NCBI GenBank assembly: GCA_024137785.1
Contig: JAHRHZ010000085.1
Coordinates: forward strand, 3,664,869 to 3,716,462
Length of the DNA stretch: 51,594 bases
Reading direction: 5' to 3'
From: Ginglymostoma cirratum
Taxonomy: Eukaryota
The notes beneath the pieces were generated by a model. It was not told the DNA's origin and ran no database searches. It was given only the letters and a program-made list of their open reading frames with translations. Positions 24,021 to 36,035 of the stretch are shown one piece after another. The translations under genes and the position numbers were made by a program. Each line of letters begins with the position of its first letter. The stretch's first letter is position 1.

Positions 24021-24612
24021 GTAAGAGTCTCAGCTTCTTCACATTCCCCTGAACTACACTTTGTTAAATTTAAAGGAGCAATACTTGCCCTATGTCTCCA
24101 ATAATCTGCAACAGAATGTTCTTCAAATCATAATGTTATTGATAAGAAATTGACTTCATGCTTCTAAAAAATGCTGGATATGATGGAAAGAAGCCATTTT
24201 GTTTATCTGACATAATCAAGTTCTTTGTCAATCTATTCTACTTGTTCCAAGCATCCATTCCTTCACAATAGATTCTCCCTTTGGGTTTTATTCCAATTCT
24301 CTTTCAAATGCTACCACTGAAACATCTTTGCTGCTTTTAGAAAAGAGATTCCAAGATGTGACATGCTGTATAAACAAAGGTTCCCCATTCCCTTGCCAAA
24401 TGTTGCCTGTTTGTCTGCCAATCACACTAAATCTGCATCCTTGGATAACCATCCATTTCACGACTGTAACTATTCCTTTTCTTTACCGTAACCAATGTTG
24501 ATTTTTGAGCAGCTATATCAATTTGTCTCAATCATTGCAGCACCATGAAGAGTGGTGCTAGCTTCTCCACTGATTCCACACAATGAAAATCCAATGTCCC
24601 TGGTGTCATTCC

Positions 24613-24680
24613 GGTATATATGTACATATATATATATATATGACACATATATATGTATGTGTGCATGTACACATATAGAT
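24613..24680. repeat. (TA)n/(TG)n microsatellite
   Basis: gtatatatgtacatatatatatatatatgacacatatatatgtatgtgtgcatgtacacatata. Confidence 0.85.
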
Positions 24681-25339
24681 TGTGAAGATATTCTGTTCTA
24701 GCAACCCATTCAGATTCCATAATTTAATCATCCTGAATCCCACTCGGATCTCCATTATTCTTCAGAATGAAATGCACCCCTTTAATTTTAAATTTTATTC
24801 ACCAAGTCTGTTGCATTTTTACAACACGCCAGTGCTTTTGATTATCTCATAATAGGTACAAAGAGGCTCCATATACTCCAAGACACATCCTTCATATATA
24901 TCTTTAACAACAAATGCTCTTCATAAAGAGAAGTGCCATTGATGTCTCGCCAATTAGAAAAGTAACTGTCTTAATGCTTCTCTAGCTTATAGATACATGG
25001 AGAGAGACAGGCAGAAGTGATGAGACATATTAAGCCCCACACATATATTCACAAAATCACCATGATCAAATCTTACTTCATAGAACATAAACATTAATAA
25101 TGTTAAACATGATCATTATGCTGATAAAATGCTAAAATGATCAGAAAAGGTAATTGTGTGTGCTTTAATCCATGTTTGCTCAGTTAATACTGCAATAGAA
25201 CCTCAGGATAAATGGAAAGTTTATTAGCTCAGTGAGATGCGATAGGTTTGATGTGTCAGTGTGGCCTGTTATCTGTTGTTCTGCTTATTTACCATCATTT
25301 GCGCTTTAAATAGTAATGTTCCACATTCTCTTAGTAAAG

Positions 25340-25447
25340 AAGAAAGTGTCTTCCTGTATTCCTTAGTGTCTAGCTGCATAGCAGGAGGTTTTATAATTTT
25401 GGTTCTGGCAATTTTTGTCAGGCGATGCAAAGTACAGAGATCTCGTG
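25340..25447 (+). CDS. Gene 2, transmembrane exon (acceptor uncertain)
   Basis: EESVFLYSLVSSCIAGGFIILVLAIFVRRCKVQRSR then G|GTaaga. The in-frame acceptor is a weak AAG at 25337-25339; the better TAG acceptors (25313, 25334) are out of frame by one base. Confidence 0.7.
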
Positions 25448-25889
25448 GTAAGACTGTGATTAAAAATTGGTTTTTAACATCTAAGTGTACTGCAATACTG
25501 TGGGAGTTAGACGGGGTAGGTTATTGCATCGACTGGGATCTGGATTTCGAGATTGCAGGCCACTGTACAGAGATTGTTTGTCCTACTGGTGGGGGAGGCT
25601 TGTGAAGAAGAAAGAAACAAAAATGAACCAGCCACATCAGGAAAACTTCGTCAAACAATAACTGTATTGTCAGGGTTTTTTTAAGATAAATGGCGATGAG
25701 AAATTGAACTGTGTATGTTAAATGTGACTAAGGCTGGATTGAATAAAGAAGGCACAGAAACCATTAATCAGGAATACAAACTAAAAGTAAGTACATCAAG
25801 ACAGAAAATTTTTCAACCATTCAACGGATCAGACACCATCAGTGGATATAAAGGCAAGGGTAATATTTCTGGCCATGAACACAGCAGAT

Positions 25890-26836
25890 ATGCTTACTAA
25901 GTTGGCAGATGACACCAAAATTGGAGGTGCAGTGGTCAGTGGAGAAGGTTACCTCAAAGTACAATGGGATCTTGATCAAGTGGGCCAGTGGTACGAGGAG
26001 TTCCAGAGGGAGTTTAATTTAGATAAATGTGAGGTGTTGCATATTGGAAAGTCAAATCAGGGCAGGACTTATACACATAATGGTAAGGACTTAATGGGGA
26101 GTGTTGCTGGACAAAGAGACCTTGGAGTGCAAGCTCGTAGTTCCTTGCCAATGGAGTCACAGGTAAACAGGATAGTGAAGAAGGAGCTTGGTATGCTTGC
26201 ATTTATTGGTCAGTGCATTGAGTATAAGATTTGGGTGGTCATGTAGCGGCTGTGCAGGCCACTGGTTAGGCCACTTTTGGAATATTGCATGCACTTCTGG
26301 TCTTTCTGCCAAAGGATGGATGTTGTGAAACTTGAAAGGGCTCAGCAAAGATTTACAAGGATGTTGCCGGGGTTGGAGGGTTTGAGCTATAGGGAAAGGC
26401 TGAATAGACTGGGGCTATTTTCCCTGGAGCATCGGAGGCTAAGGGTTGACCTTATAGAGATTTTTAAAATCATGAGGGGCATGGATACAGTAAATAGACA
26501 AGTTATTTTCCCTAGGGTGGGGAAGTCCAAAACTAGAAGTCATAGGTTTAAGGTGAAAGGGAAAGATTTAAAAGGGACCTAAGGGAAAACTTTTTCATAC
26601 AGAGGGTGGAGCGTGTATGGATTGAGCTGCCAGATGAATGGGTGGAGGCTGGTGCAATTACAGCATTTAAAAGGCATCTGGATGGGTATATGAATAGAAA
26701 AGGTTTGGAAGGATATAGGTCAAATGCTGGCAAATGGGACTAGATTTACTTATGACATCTAGTCGGCATGGGACAGTTGGACTAAAGGGTCTGTTTCTGT
26801 GCTGTATATCTTTTAGACTCTATGACTCTATGACTG
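25890..26836 (+). mobile_element. CR1 LINE 3' fragment
   Basis: KLADDTKIGG, FNLDKCEVLHIG, LERAQQRFTRMLPG; (actctatg)n tail. Confidence 0.9.
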
Positions 26837-27017
26837 TATAACACAGACCTGGAACATTAACTTTCTTTTTATTTCCACAAAATAATGTCTGACTTGCTTT
26901 GTTTCAGTAATAAAAATGATAGTCCTGCCTGTTAATGTCTGAACATCTTCTGAGTGTTGGCTGTTGCTGCTCTGTACTGGCAAATTAACTCCATGTCTTA
27001 GTTCAGAGCTTTAACAG

Positions 27018-27074
27018 AAAAAAAATGTACCGCCTGAATTAAGCAAACTCAGAACTTGAATGTCCATTGAGCAG
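27018..27074 (+). pseudogene. Gene 2, candidate decayed short cytoplasmic exon
   Basis: tttaacAG| acceptor. With one A removed from an A8 run it reads EKNVPPELSKLRT*MSIEQ, phase 1-0, ending at gagcag|ggagt (gtgagt minus one T). Its position matches gene 1 exon 3547-3590. Confidence 0.3.
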
Positions 27075-27229
27075 GGAGTGGACATGCATCAATCCTTATC
27101 CCATTTGGCCAGGATATGAAAAGTAACTATGAATTAGAATTAGCATTCAGATAAATGACACGAGCTCAAAGTTAGTGGTCTCCATTGTCCTCAGCAGAAA
27201 GTTACTTATCAGCCAATGTCATTTAAGGT

Positions 27230-27470
27230 GGAAAAACAGAAATTGCTGGAAAAATTCAGCAGGTCTGGCAGCATCTGTGGAGAGGAAATGGAGTTAGTGT
27301 TTTGGGTCAAGTGACCCTTCTTTAGAACTTTACAGAACTTCTTCAGAAGGGTCACTGGACCTGAAACGTTAACTCTGTTTTCTTACCACAGATACTGCCG
27401 GACCTGCTGAGTTTTTGTTGCAATTTCTTGTTTTGTTTCTGATTTGCAACATCAGTAGTTCTTTCATTTT
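27230..27470. mobile_element. Short palindromic Penelope-derived element (older subfamily)
   Basis: cagcaggtctggcagcatctgtgg ... ccacagatactgccggacctgctg arms; imperfect TSD aatgtcatttaagg (27215-27228) / aatgacattcaagg (27481-27494). Confidence 0.75.
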
Positions 27471-27609
27471 CATTTAATTTAATGACATTCAAGGCTGTGA
27501 TGTGCTGTATTTGTTCACCCCAAATATGCTTTGTTGTTACTTTCTTTAATCAATTTTGGTTTTGTTTCAATTTGGTAGGTAACTAATATTCCTCACAAAT
27601 TCTCCTCAG

Positions 27610-27720
27610 ATCATTCATGCAGGAAAGGAGGAGGGTCCAACTTATGCTGATCTCTACTTCAATGATCAGAGGAACATTTGGAAACCCAAAAGTGAGAAAG
27701 GTACCATTGTTTATGCAGAC
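27610..27720 (+). CDS. Gene 2, cytoplasmic exon with two tyrosine motifs
   Basis: ctcctcAG|IIHAGKEEGPTYADLYFNDQRNIWKPKSEKGTIVYAD|GTaaat; 111 nt, phase 0-0, the same size as gene 1 exon 7268-7378. Confidence 0.8.
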
Positions 27721-27923
27721 GTAAATTGCCATTTTATCCAGGACCAACTCTGAAACAGGTATGGGATAACAGCAACATGAGTTAATTCACTGATAAAAGG
27801 TACTGCAGATGCTGGAGAATCCGAGATAACAAGCATGGGGCTGGATGAACACAGCAGGTCAAGCAGCATCATAGGAGCAGGAAAACTTGACGTTTCGGGC
27901 CTAAACCCTTCATCAGACAGGTG

Positions 27924-28323
27924 NNNNNNNNNNNNNNNNNNNNNNNNNNNNNNNNNNNNNNNNNNNNNNNNNNNNNNNNNNNNNNNNNNNNNNNNNNNNN
28001 NNNNNNNNNNNNNNNNNNNNNNNNNNNNNNNNNNNNNNNNNNNNNNNNNNNNNNNNNNNNNNNNNNNNNNNNNNNNNNNNNNNNNNNNNNNNNNNNNNNN
28101 NNNNNNNNNNNNNNNNNNNNNNNNNNNNNNNNNNNNNNNNNNNNNNNNNNNNNNNNNNNNNNNNNNNNNNNNNNNNNNNNNNNNNNNNNNNNNNNNNNNN
28201 NNNNNNNNNNNNNNNNNNNNNNNNNNNNNNNNNNNNNNNNNNNNNNNNNNNNNNNNNNNNNNNNNNNNNNNNNNNNNNNNNNNNNNNNNNNNNNNNNNNN
28301 NNNNNNNNNNNNNNNNNNNNNNN
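27924..28323. other. Assembly gap (400 N)
   Basis: Run of N. Confidence 0.99.
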
Positions 28324-28330
28324 CACCTGT

Positions 28331-28358
28331 CTGATGAAGGGTTTAGGCCCGAAACGTC
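28331..28358 (+). ncRNA. Hammerhead ribozyme-like core (mirror copy on - strand at 27889-27916)
   Basis: CTGATGA-a-GGG(tttagg)CCC-GAAAC-GTC; palindromic ACGT at helix III. Confidence 0.5.
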
Positions 28359-28569
28359 AAGTTTTCCTGCTCCTATGATGCTGCTTGACCTGCTGTGTTC
28401 ATCCAGCCCCATGCTTGTTATCTCTTGAGTTAATTCACTGATTGGTGTAAGCAATTCGTAGTGAGTGTAGACCATTGACTTTTGGAATCTGATGAATGTC
28501 AAAGTTTTAAGGTTTAAGGTTAATAGTTAATCTTTCACTGAAATCTGTTCTAGCTTACATTTATTATTT

Positions 28570-29495
28570 AGAATCATTGAGTCATACAATACAGAAACAA
28601 GACCTTCGGCCCAAATCATCCATGCCGAACAATTTCTTAAACTGAATGAGTCCTATTTGCCAGTATTTGGCCTGTACCTCTCTAAACTTTTCCTATCCGT
28701 TTACCTGGCGAAATTTCTTTTAAATGTTGAAATTGTGCCCACCTGTATGCTTCGTCTGGCAGCTCATTCTATGTAATCACCATCCTGTGTATAAAAAAAA
28801 CTCCTCAGTTCCTTTGTAAATCTTTCCACTTTCACTTTAAACTTATGCCTTCTAGTTTTGGACTCCCCTACCCTGGGGATAAGACCTTGGCTGTTCACCT
28901 TATCCAAGCCCCTCATGATTATGTAAATCTCTATAAAGTCACTCCTCAGCCTCCTACACTGCAGGAGAAAAAATGTCCCTGCCTATCCAGCCTCTCCTTA
29001 GAACTTCCATTCTTAGTAATGTCCTTGTAAATCTTTTTTGCACTCTTTCCAGTTTAATAACGTCCTTCCCATATGAGGGCAACCAGAATTGTACACAGTG
29101 CTCCAGATGTGGTCTTAACAATGTCTTGTACAGCTGTAACATGACATCCCAACTCCTGTACTCATTACTCTGACTGATGAAGGCAAGCGTGTTAAATGCC
29201 TTCTCCACCATCTTGTCTACCTGTGACGCCACTTTCAAGGAACTATGTACCTGCACACCTAGGTCTCTCCGTTTGACAGAACTCCTCAGGGCCCTAACAG
29301 TGTAGTCTGCCCTGGTTTGTCTTACCAATATGCATCAATTCACATTTATCTACATTAAATTCCATCCGCCATTTCTCGGCCCACTGGCCCGGCTGATCAA
29401 GATTCCATTGTACTCTAATATACCTTCTTCACTGTACACTAAACCACACATTTTGGTGTCATCCATAAACTTCCTAACCATGCCTTCTATATTCC
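28570..29495 (-). mobile_element. CR1 LINE 3' fragment
   Basis: RDLGVQVHSSLKVASQVD...RPHLEHCVQFW...LERVQKRFTR. Confidence 0.9.
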
Positions 29496-31084
29496 CTACA
29501 TCTTAAAGTGAAAATTTATTTCGGTCTGAGTCAGGAATTAAGAAGCTGTCAACTGAAATGACTGCTGCAGTATACCAATTAGGTAGCTTGCTTGAAATGG
29601 TTTCTTGAAACAAAAATCTCGTCTGCTTAGATTTCTACTTTGCATAAATGCAGATGGTCTTCTATGTATGGGAATATGTGAGCTTGGGGACAGCAGCTCC
29701 TCATTGGATGCATATCAATGCAGTGTGTTTGCTTAGGAGTGTGGTGAGTGAGAGAATTTGGCGTGGTGAAGGAGGATACGCTTTGCCTTAACTTTGCTTT
29801 TAGATAAGAGCATTGTGTGTTCTGGATCAACTTTAGAATTACAGAACAATTACAAGGATTAGCAGTGTACTGACAAAATGATTATATGTTTTTGAAGAGC
29901 ATCAGGTGTATATTTGACAGGTGAGTATTTTGCTTGCCTGTCTTAGAAAATCATGTAATTTGTGCTTCTGTATAAGGTTTTTATAGCATTCATACGGTTT
30001 ACCAGCAAGATCAATCATTATTTGATTAGTTGTATTTATTCAAAATACCTGTAACCTCATTAAGAAAAATGATGCATTGATTAACAATAAATAATGTTCT
30101 GGGACTGCAGAATGGCAGTTACCAAGAAAATCAGTTGCGATTCAGCGGAAACATATCTTCGTTAACTGAATGCAGTATGAGGAGCTTCAACTCAGTTTTG
30201 TTCAGCTGGAGGATGAACTGCAGGTACAGTGACACGCTGTGAGGAAGTAACTTGCCTGGACAGTTTGTTCTGGGGACAGTCACATTCCTTCAGCTAAGAA
30301 GAACTTTAGAGGTTGTCAGTTGTTACTTATAGGATGTAGACTGCAGTCAGAGAATGACAAGGAATCAACATGCAATGGTAGGAAGACTCGGCCCTTGAAA
30401 TTTGAGAACAAAGTCAATGAGGAGAAGGACTGCAAGGTGGATGATTTGACTGGCAATGTGGGAAAAAAAGTTCTGCTTCGTGGGACTAGACTTCATAACT
30501 TATTGAAGAAGTGGGTTCTGGTTCTATAGGCTCAACATAAGCCAGGCTGCAATGAGTATCCTGGCCAGTCATACATGCAGGACTGTGAACAGGTCTACGA
30601 AGTAATAGAGGAGTTGGGAGCTTCAGGTGAAGAGAAATCTCAGAAGTGCAAAAGCAAATTTGTGTCATTAGAATAGAATAGTCATTTTTGTAAAGCTAAG
30701 CAGCCAGGAAGAGATAGACAAAGCAACAAAATTGTGCATCAGCAAATAAGGCCTTTGTAAGGAATATACATTTTAAAAAGGTATCTCTATCAGCATGCAA
30801 GAAGCATTGGAATGAAAAATGGTTGACTGACAGTTATAAAGATGGAAAGGTGATTTGATTGCGATCATGGGGAAATGTTTACAAAGTGGTGGAATTTGGA
30901 AAATAAATGCCCCAGGCTATGTAATATTTTGGAATGAGAGATAGAATAGCAAACAAGAAGGTGGTGCCATGACAATAAAGTGGGACATAAGGACCAAATT
31001 GATACCAGATCTGGTCTCAGTGTTGGTGGGAATGCGGAAAGAAAAGAGTCAGGAAACACTGTTATACATGTAACACTGTTATAC

Positions 31085-33678
31085 TGAGGTACTATGGGCT
31101 GAGGTTAGGAACAGGAAGGGAGAGGTCTCCCTGTTCGGAGTTTTCTATAGGCCTTTGAATAGTTCCAGAGATGTAGGGGAAAGGATAGCAAAAATGGTTC
31201 TGGATAGGAGCGAAAGTAACAGGGTAGTTTTTATGGGGGACTTTAACTTTCCCAATATTGACTGGAAACACTAACGTTCAAGTACTCTAGATGGGTCAGT
31301 TTTTGTCCAATGTGTGCAGGAGGGTTTCCTGACACAGTATGTAGACAGGCCAACAAGAGGCGATGCCACATTGGGTAATGAACCAGGCCAGGTGTTGGAT
31401 TTGGACATAGGTGAGCACTTTGCTAATAGTGACCACAATTTGGTTACATTTACTTTAGCGATGGAAAGGGATAGGCATATACTGCAGGGTAAGAGTTATA
31501 GCTGGGGGAAAGGCAATTATGAGGTGATTAGGCAAGACTTAGGATGCATAGGATGGGGAAGGAGACTGCAGGGGCTGGGCACAATTGAAATGTGGAGCTT
31601 GTTCAAGGAACAGCTACTGCGTGTCCTTGATATGTACGTACCTGTCAGGCAGGGAGGAAGTGGTCGACCGAGGGAACCATGGTTTACTAAAGAAGTTGAA
31701 TCTCTTGTCAAGTGGAAGAAGGAGGCTTATGTAAAGATGAGGCGTGAAGGCTCAGTTAAGGTGCTTGAGAGTTACAAGTTAGCCAAGAAGGACCTAAAGA
31801 GAGAGCTAAGAAGAGCCAGGAGGGGACATGAGAAGTCTTTGGCAGGTAGGATCAAAGAAAACCATAAAGCTTTCTATAGGTATGTCAGGAATAAAATAAT
31901 GACTAGAGTAAGATTAGGGCCAGTCAAGGACAGTAGTGGGAAGTTGTGCGTGGAGTTCAAAGAGATAGGAGAGGCGCTAAATGAGTATGTTTCATCAGTA
32001 TTCACACATGAAAAAGACAATGTTGTCAAGGAGAATACTGAGATACAGGCTATTAGACTAGACAGGATTGTGGTTCATTAGGAGGAGGTGTTAGCAATTC
32101 TGGAAAGTGTGAGAATAGATAAGTCCCCTCGGCCGGATGGGATCTATCCTAGGATTCTCTGGGAAGCTAGGAAGGAGATTGCAGAGCCTTTGGCTTTGAT
32201 CTTTATGTCGTCATTGTCTACAGGAATAGTGCCAGAAGACTGGAGGATAGCAAATGTTGTCCCCTTCTTCAAGAAGGGGAGTAGAGACAACCCTGGTGAT
32301 TATAGACCAGTGAGCCTTACTTCAGTTGTGGGTAAAGTGTTGGAAACGATTATAAGAGATAGGATTTATAATCATCTGGAAAGGAATAATTTGATTAGGG
32401 ATAGTCAACACAGTTTTGTGAAGGGTAGGTCGTGCCTCACAAACCTTATTGAGTTCTTTGAGAAGGTGACTAAACAGGTGGATGAGGGTAAAGCGGTTGA
32501 TGTGGTGTATATGGATTTCAGTAAAGCATTTGATAAAGTTCCCCACAGTAGGCTATTGCAGAAATTACGGACGCATGGGATTGAGGGTGATTTAGCGGTT
32601 TGGATCAGAAATTGGCTAGCTGTAAGAAGACAGAGGGTGGTGGTTGATGGGAAATGTTCATCCTGGAGTTCAGTTACTAGTGGTCTACCACAAGGATCTG
32701 TTTTGAGGCCACTGCTGTTTGTCATTTTTATAAATGACCTGGATGAGGGCATAGAAGGATGGGTTAGTAAATTTGCAGATGACACTAAAGTCGGTGGAGT
32801 TGTGGGTAGTGCGGAAGGATGTTGCAGGTTACAGGGGGACATAGACAAGCTGCAGGGCTGGGCCGAGAAGTGGCAAATGGAGTTTAATGCGGAGAAGTGT
32901 GAGGTGATTCACTTTGGAAGGAGTAACAGGAATTCAGAGTACTGGGCTAATGATAAGATTCTTGGTAGTGTGGACGAGCAGAGAGATCTCGGTGTCCATG
33001 TGCATAGATCCCTGAAAGTTGCCACTCAGGTTGATAGGGTTGTTAAGAAGGCGTACAGTGTGTTGGGTTTTTTATTGGTAGAGGGATTGAGTTTCGGAGC
33101 CGTGAGGTCATGTTGCAGCTGTACAAAACTCTGGTGTGGCCGCACTTGGAGTATTGCGTACAGTTCTGTTCACCACATTATAGGAAGGATGTGGAAGCAT
33201 TGGAAAGGATGCAGAGGAGATTTACCAGGATGTTGCCTGGTATGGAGGGAAGGTCTTATGAGGAAAGGCTGAGGGACTTGAGGCTGTTTTCGTTAGAGAA
33301 GAAGGTTAAGAGGTGACTTAATAGAGACATACAAGACGATCAGAGGATTGGATAGGGTGCACAGTGAGAGCCTTTTTCCTTGGATGGCGATGGCTAGCAC
33401 GAGGGGGCTTAGCTTTAAATTGAGGGGTGATAGATGTAGGACAGATGTCAGAGGTAGATTCTTTACTCAGAGAGTAGTAAGGGCATGGGATGCCTTGACT
33501 TCAGTAGTTGTCGACTCGCCGACTTTAAGGGCATTTAAGTTGTTGTTGGATAAACGTATGGATGATGGTGGAATAGTGTAGGTTAGATGGGCTTCAGATT
33601 GGTTTCACAGGTCAGCGCAACATCGTGGGCCGAAGGGCCTGTACTGCGCTGTAATGTTCTATGTTCTATGTTCTATGT
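31085..33678 (+). mobile_element. Young 5'-truncated CR1 LINE (endonuclease end + RT + tail)
   Basis: GDFNFPNIDW, YRPVSLTSVVGK, VDVVYMDFSKAFDKVPH, SKFADDTK in ORFs 31314-32081 and 32088-33272; (ttctatg)n tail. Confidence 0.95.
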
Positions 33679-34691
33679 TGATCGTGCCCAAACAGTACAT
33701 ATAACATTGAAAAGAAAATTAAAAATAAATTATTGGGCTCTATTAGAAAGATAAGATATGAACTGAAGGGATATTTAAACTTCAAATGGATTGGGAAAAT
33801 CACATTAGCAGAGGTGGCCTCAAAGATGAGTTTGTTGAATATTTACACAAGAGTATATTTTTCACCTATACATTGCAGAATAGATTTGTATCTTTTCCTG
33901 AATTAAGGTTAATTGTGACCTAATGCCAAAAATGCAACCTGTAAATTAGTGATTATGACTTCATTGAATTCCATGCCAAATTTGAAAGTGACATACAATA
34001 ATGACATGCATGAATCTTAATCTTAAGAATAACGAATTACATTGATGTTAGGTGTGAACTGCTCATGGTTAATTGGTAAATAGATTAAGTGCCATGCAGG
34101 TAAATGAACAGCCGGAAACATTTAAATAAACAATACACATATTGAATAAAAACAAGTTCTATTGAAGAACAGGAACTCAGAAAAAGATCTCATCTATGAC
34201 TCACTAAGGAAATTCAGTGTGGTGTTTGTTCACAAGAAGAAGCTTGAAATATAGCAATAACAGTCAAAAGGTTAATAATTGTGAATGTTTTAGAATAGAG
34301 AAAAACATTGATATGAACTAAAAGAATAAAATACGAGATTGAAAGATAAAGATAAAATCAGATTGCAAATGCATTAAGAAGCATATAAAATGAAGGTAGG
34401 AGCTAAAATATATGATAACCCCTTCGGAACACAGTCAGAAGAAATTAGCATGAGGAAATGAGGAAATTGCAGAAGCATCATTTAAAAGTTTTATGTATCT
34501 TCACAGTGCAAGATGCAAATTTCAAACCAGAAGTGTACAGTAACATCCTACCTGAAAGAAAGTGAGGAAATTAATATAGCAGTCAAGAAATATTGAAGAA
34601 ACATATCAGACTAAAATCTGACAAAACCCAAGAATAAGATGGCCTACCCCTGATAGTTCTAAAAGAGATACCTGCAGAGAAAGTAGTTGCA

Positions 34692-34914
34692 GAGATAGTA
34701 GGAACTACAGATGCTGGAGAATCCAAGACAACAAGGTGCAGAGCTGGATGAACACAGCAGGCCAAGCAGCATCATAGGAGCAGGAAAGCTGACATTTCGG
34801 GCCGAGCTTCTTCAGGTGATTCTGAAGAAGGGTCTAGGCCCAAAACATCAGCTTTCCTGCTCCTATGATTCTGCTTGGCCTGCTGTGTTCATCCAGCTCT
34901 GCACCTTGTTGTCT
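34692..34914. mobile_element. Short palindromic Penelope-derived element
   Basis: Inverted arms around ~34816; TSD gagaaagtagttgca (34677-34691) / gagaatgtagttgca (34915-34929). Confidence 0.85.
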
Positions 34915-36035
34915 GAGAATGTAGTTGCACTAACTATGACATTCCGATATTCCTGGGCTTTGTGAATGTCCCATCAAATTTTGCATTAGTAAGTCTTGTA
35001 TTACTGTTTAGGAAGCATAACAAAGAGAACACAAGCCAATAAGCCTAAGAAAATGCCACAATGAGCAGCACCGGGGCTTCAACTATTTAGAGTCTATGTC
35101 AATGGCCTAGATGAATAGACAAATAAAAATGTATTTGGCTTTGTTGATGGTGCTAAGCTAGTCACAACTGCATGCTGTGAGGAGGTCATAGAAAAGCTTA
35201 AGAGTGACATTGGCAAGTTATGTGTGTAGGCAGCAAGTTGCCTCATGGTTTTTCAATGGTGAAGTTGTTCACCTTGATAGTGAGAATAGAAAAATAACGC
35301 ATGCATAATAAATTTAATTCATACAATTTCTAAGAATTGATATTTGGTGTGGTAGAGAATTTTGCTTGCTAAATGATGTAAAAAGTCAGCCTGTGATGCA
35401 CCAAGCATTTGGAAGGCACGTGGTTTGTCAGATTTTGTTACGAGGTGACTGCAGTATGAGAATAAAGAGGTCTTGCTGCACTTATGAATAGTTTTAGGTA
35501 AGAACACATTGTAAGTGTTGTGTGTAGCTTTCAACTCGATATCCACAAAATAATTTTCTTACTTCGGAGACAGTGGACTGAATATTCACTGAACTGCTCC
35601 CCAGCTGAAATGGTTGTACTGTGTTGAGAGATTGAATAAATTGGAGTTGGATTCTCTGGAGTTTTGAAAAATAACAGGTAATTCCATTCAGACAAATATG
35701 ATTCTGGAAGGGGAGTATCAGGAGAGTGGGTCAATTATTTGGGGCTGAATTGAGGATGATTTATTTCACTCATTTATTTCTGAATCTGTGGAATTATTTA
35801 CCCTGTAGGTTGTGAATGAGCTATTGTTGAACAAATTAATGGCATGTACATAAATTATTCTGCTCTCCGAGTTAGTACAGAAAGGGATATTGGCAGAGGG
35901 TGAAAATTTCAGCTGAAGTGAGATTAGCTGTGGTGACATTGGATAGTATAAGAGTCACCAAGGGCTGATTGATTTACTCCTGCTCCTACTTCTTCTGTCC
36001 ATGGTTTCCTGAGATAATCATCATTGCTTCCATAG

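Larger units (their letters stand above)
27795..28425. mobile_element. Young palindromic Penelope-derived insertion spanning the assembly gap
   Basis: Perfect 101-nt inverted arms (27823-27923 / 28324-28424); perfect 17-nt TSD tgagttaattcactgat (27778-27794, 28426-28442). Confidence 0.9.
29700..36005 (+). mobile_element. Old, heavily decayed near full-length CR1 (ORF1 remnant ~30170-30560, ORF2 remnants, 3' tail) with nested insertions
   Basis: ORF1-like gagcttcaactcagttttgttcagctggaggatgaactg; endonuclease-like 30780-31060; ctaaaatctgacaaaacccaagaataagatggcctaccc (KSPGPDG-like, ~34620); tail tttactcctgctcctacttctt. Confidence 0.55.

Noticed and set aside
27711-28502. Long ORFs containing poly-X
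   Set aside because: Artefacts of the N gap and the flanking inverted repeat.
32088-33272. Domesticated or active reverse transcriptase gene
   Set aside because: 5'-truncated CR1 ORF2 with stops (31272, 32079) and frameshifts (~33070, ~33300); an ordinary young dead copy.
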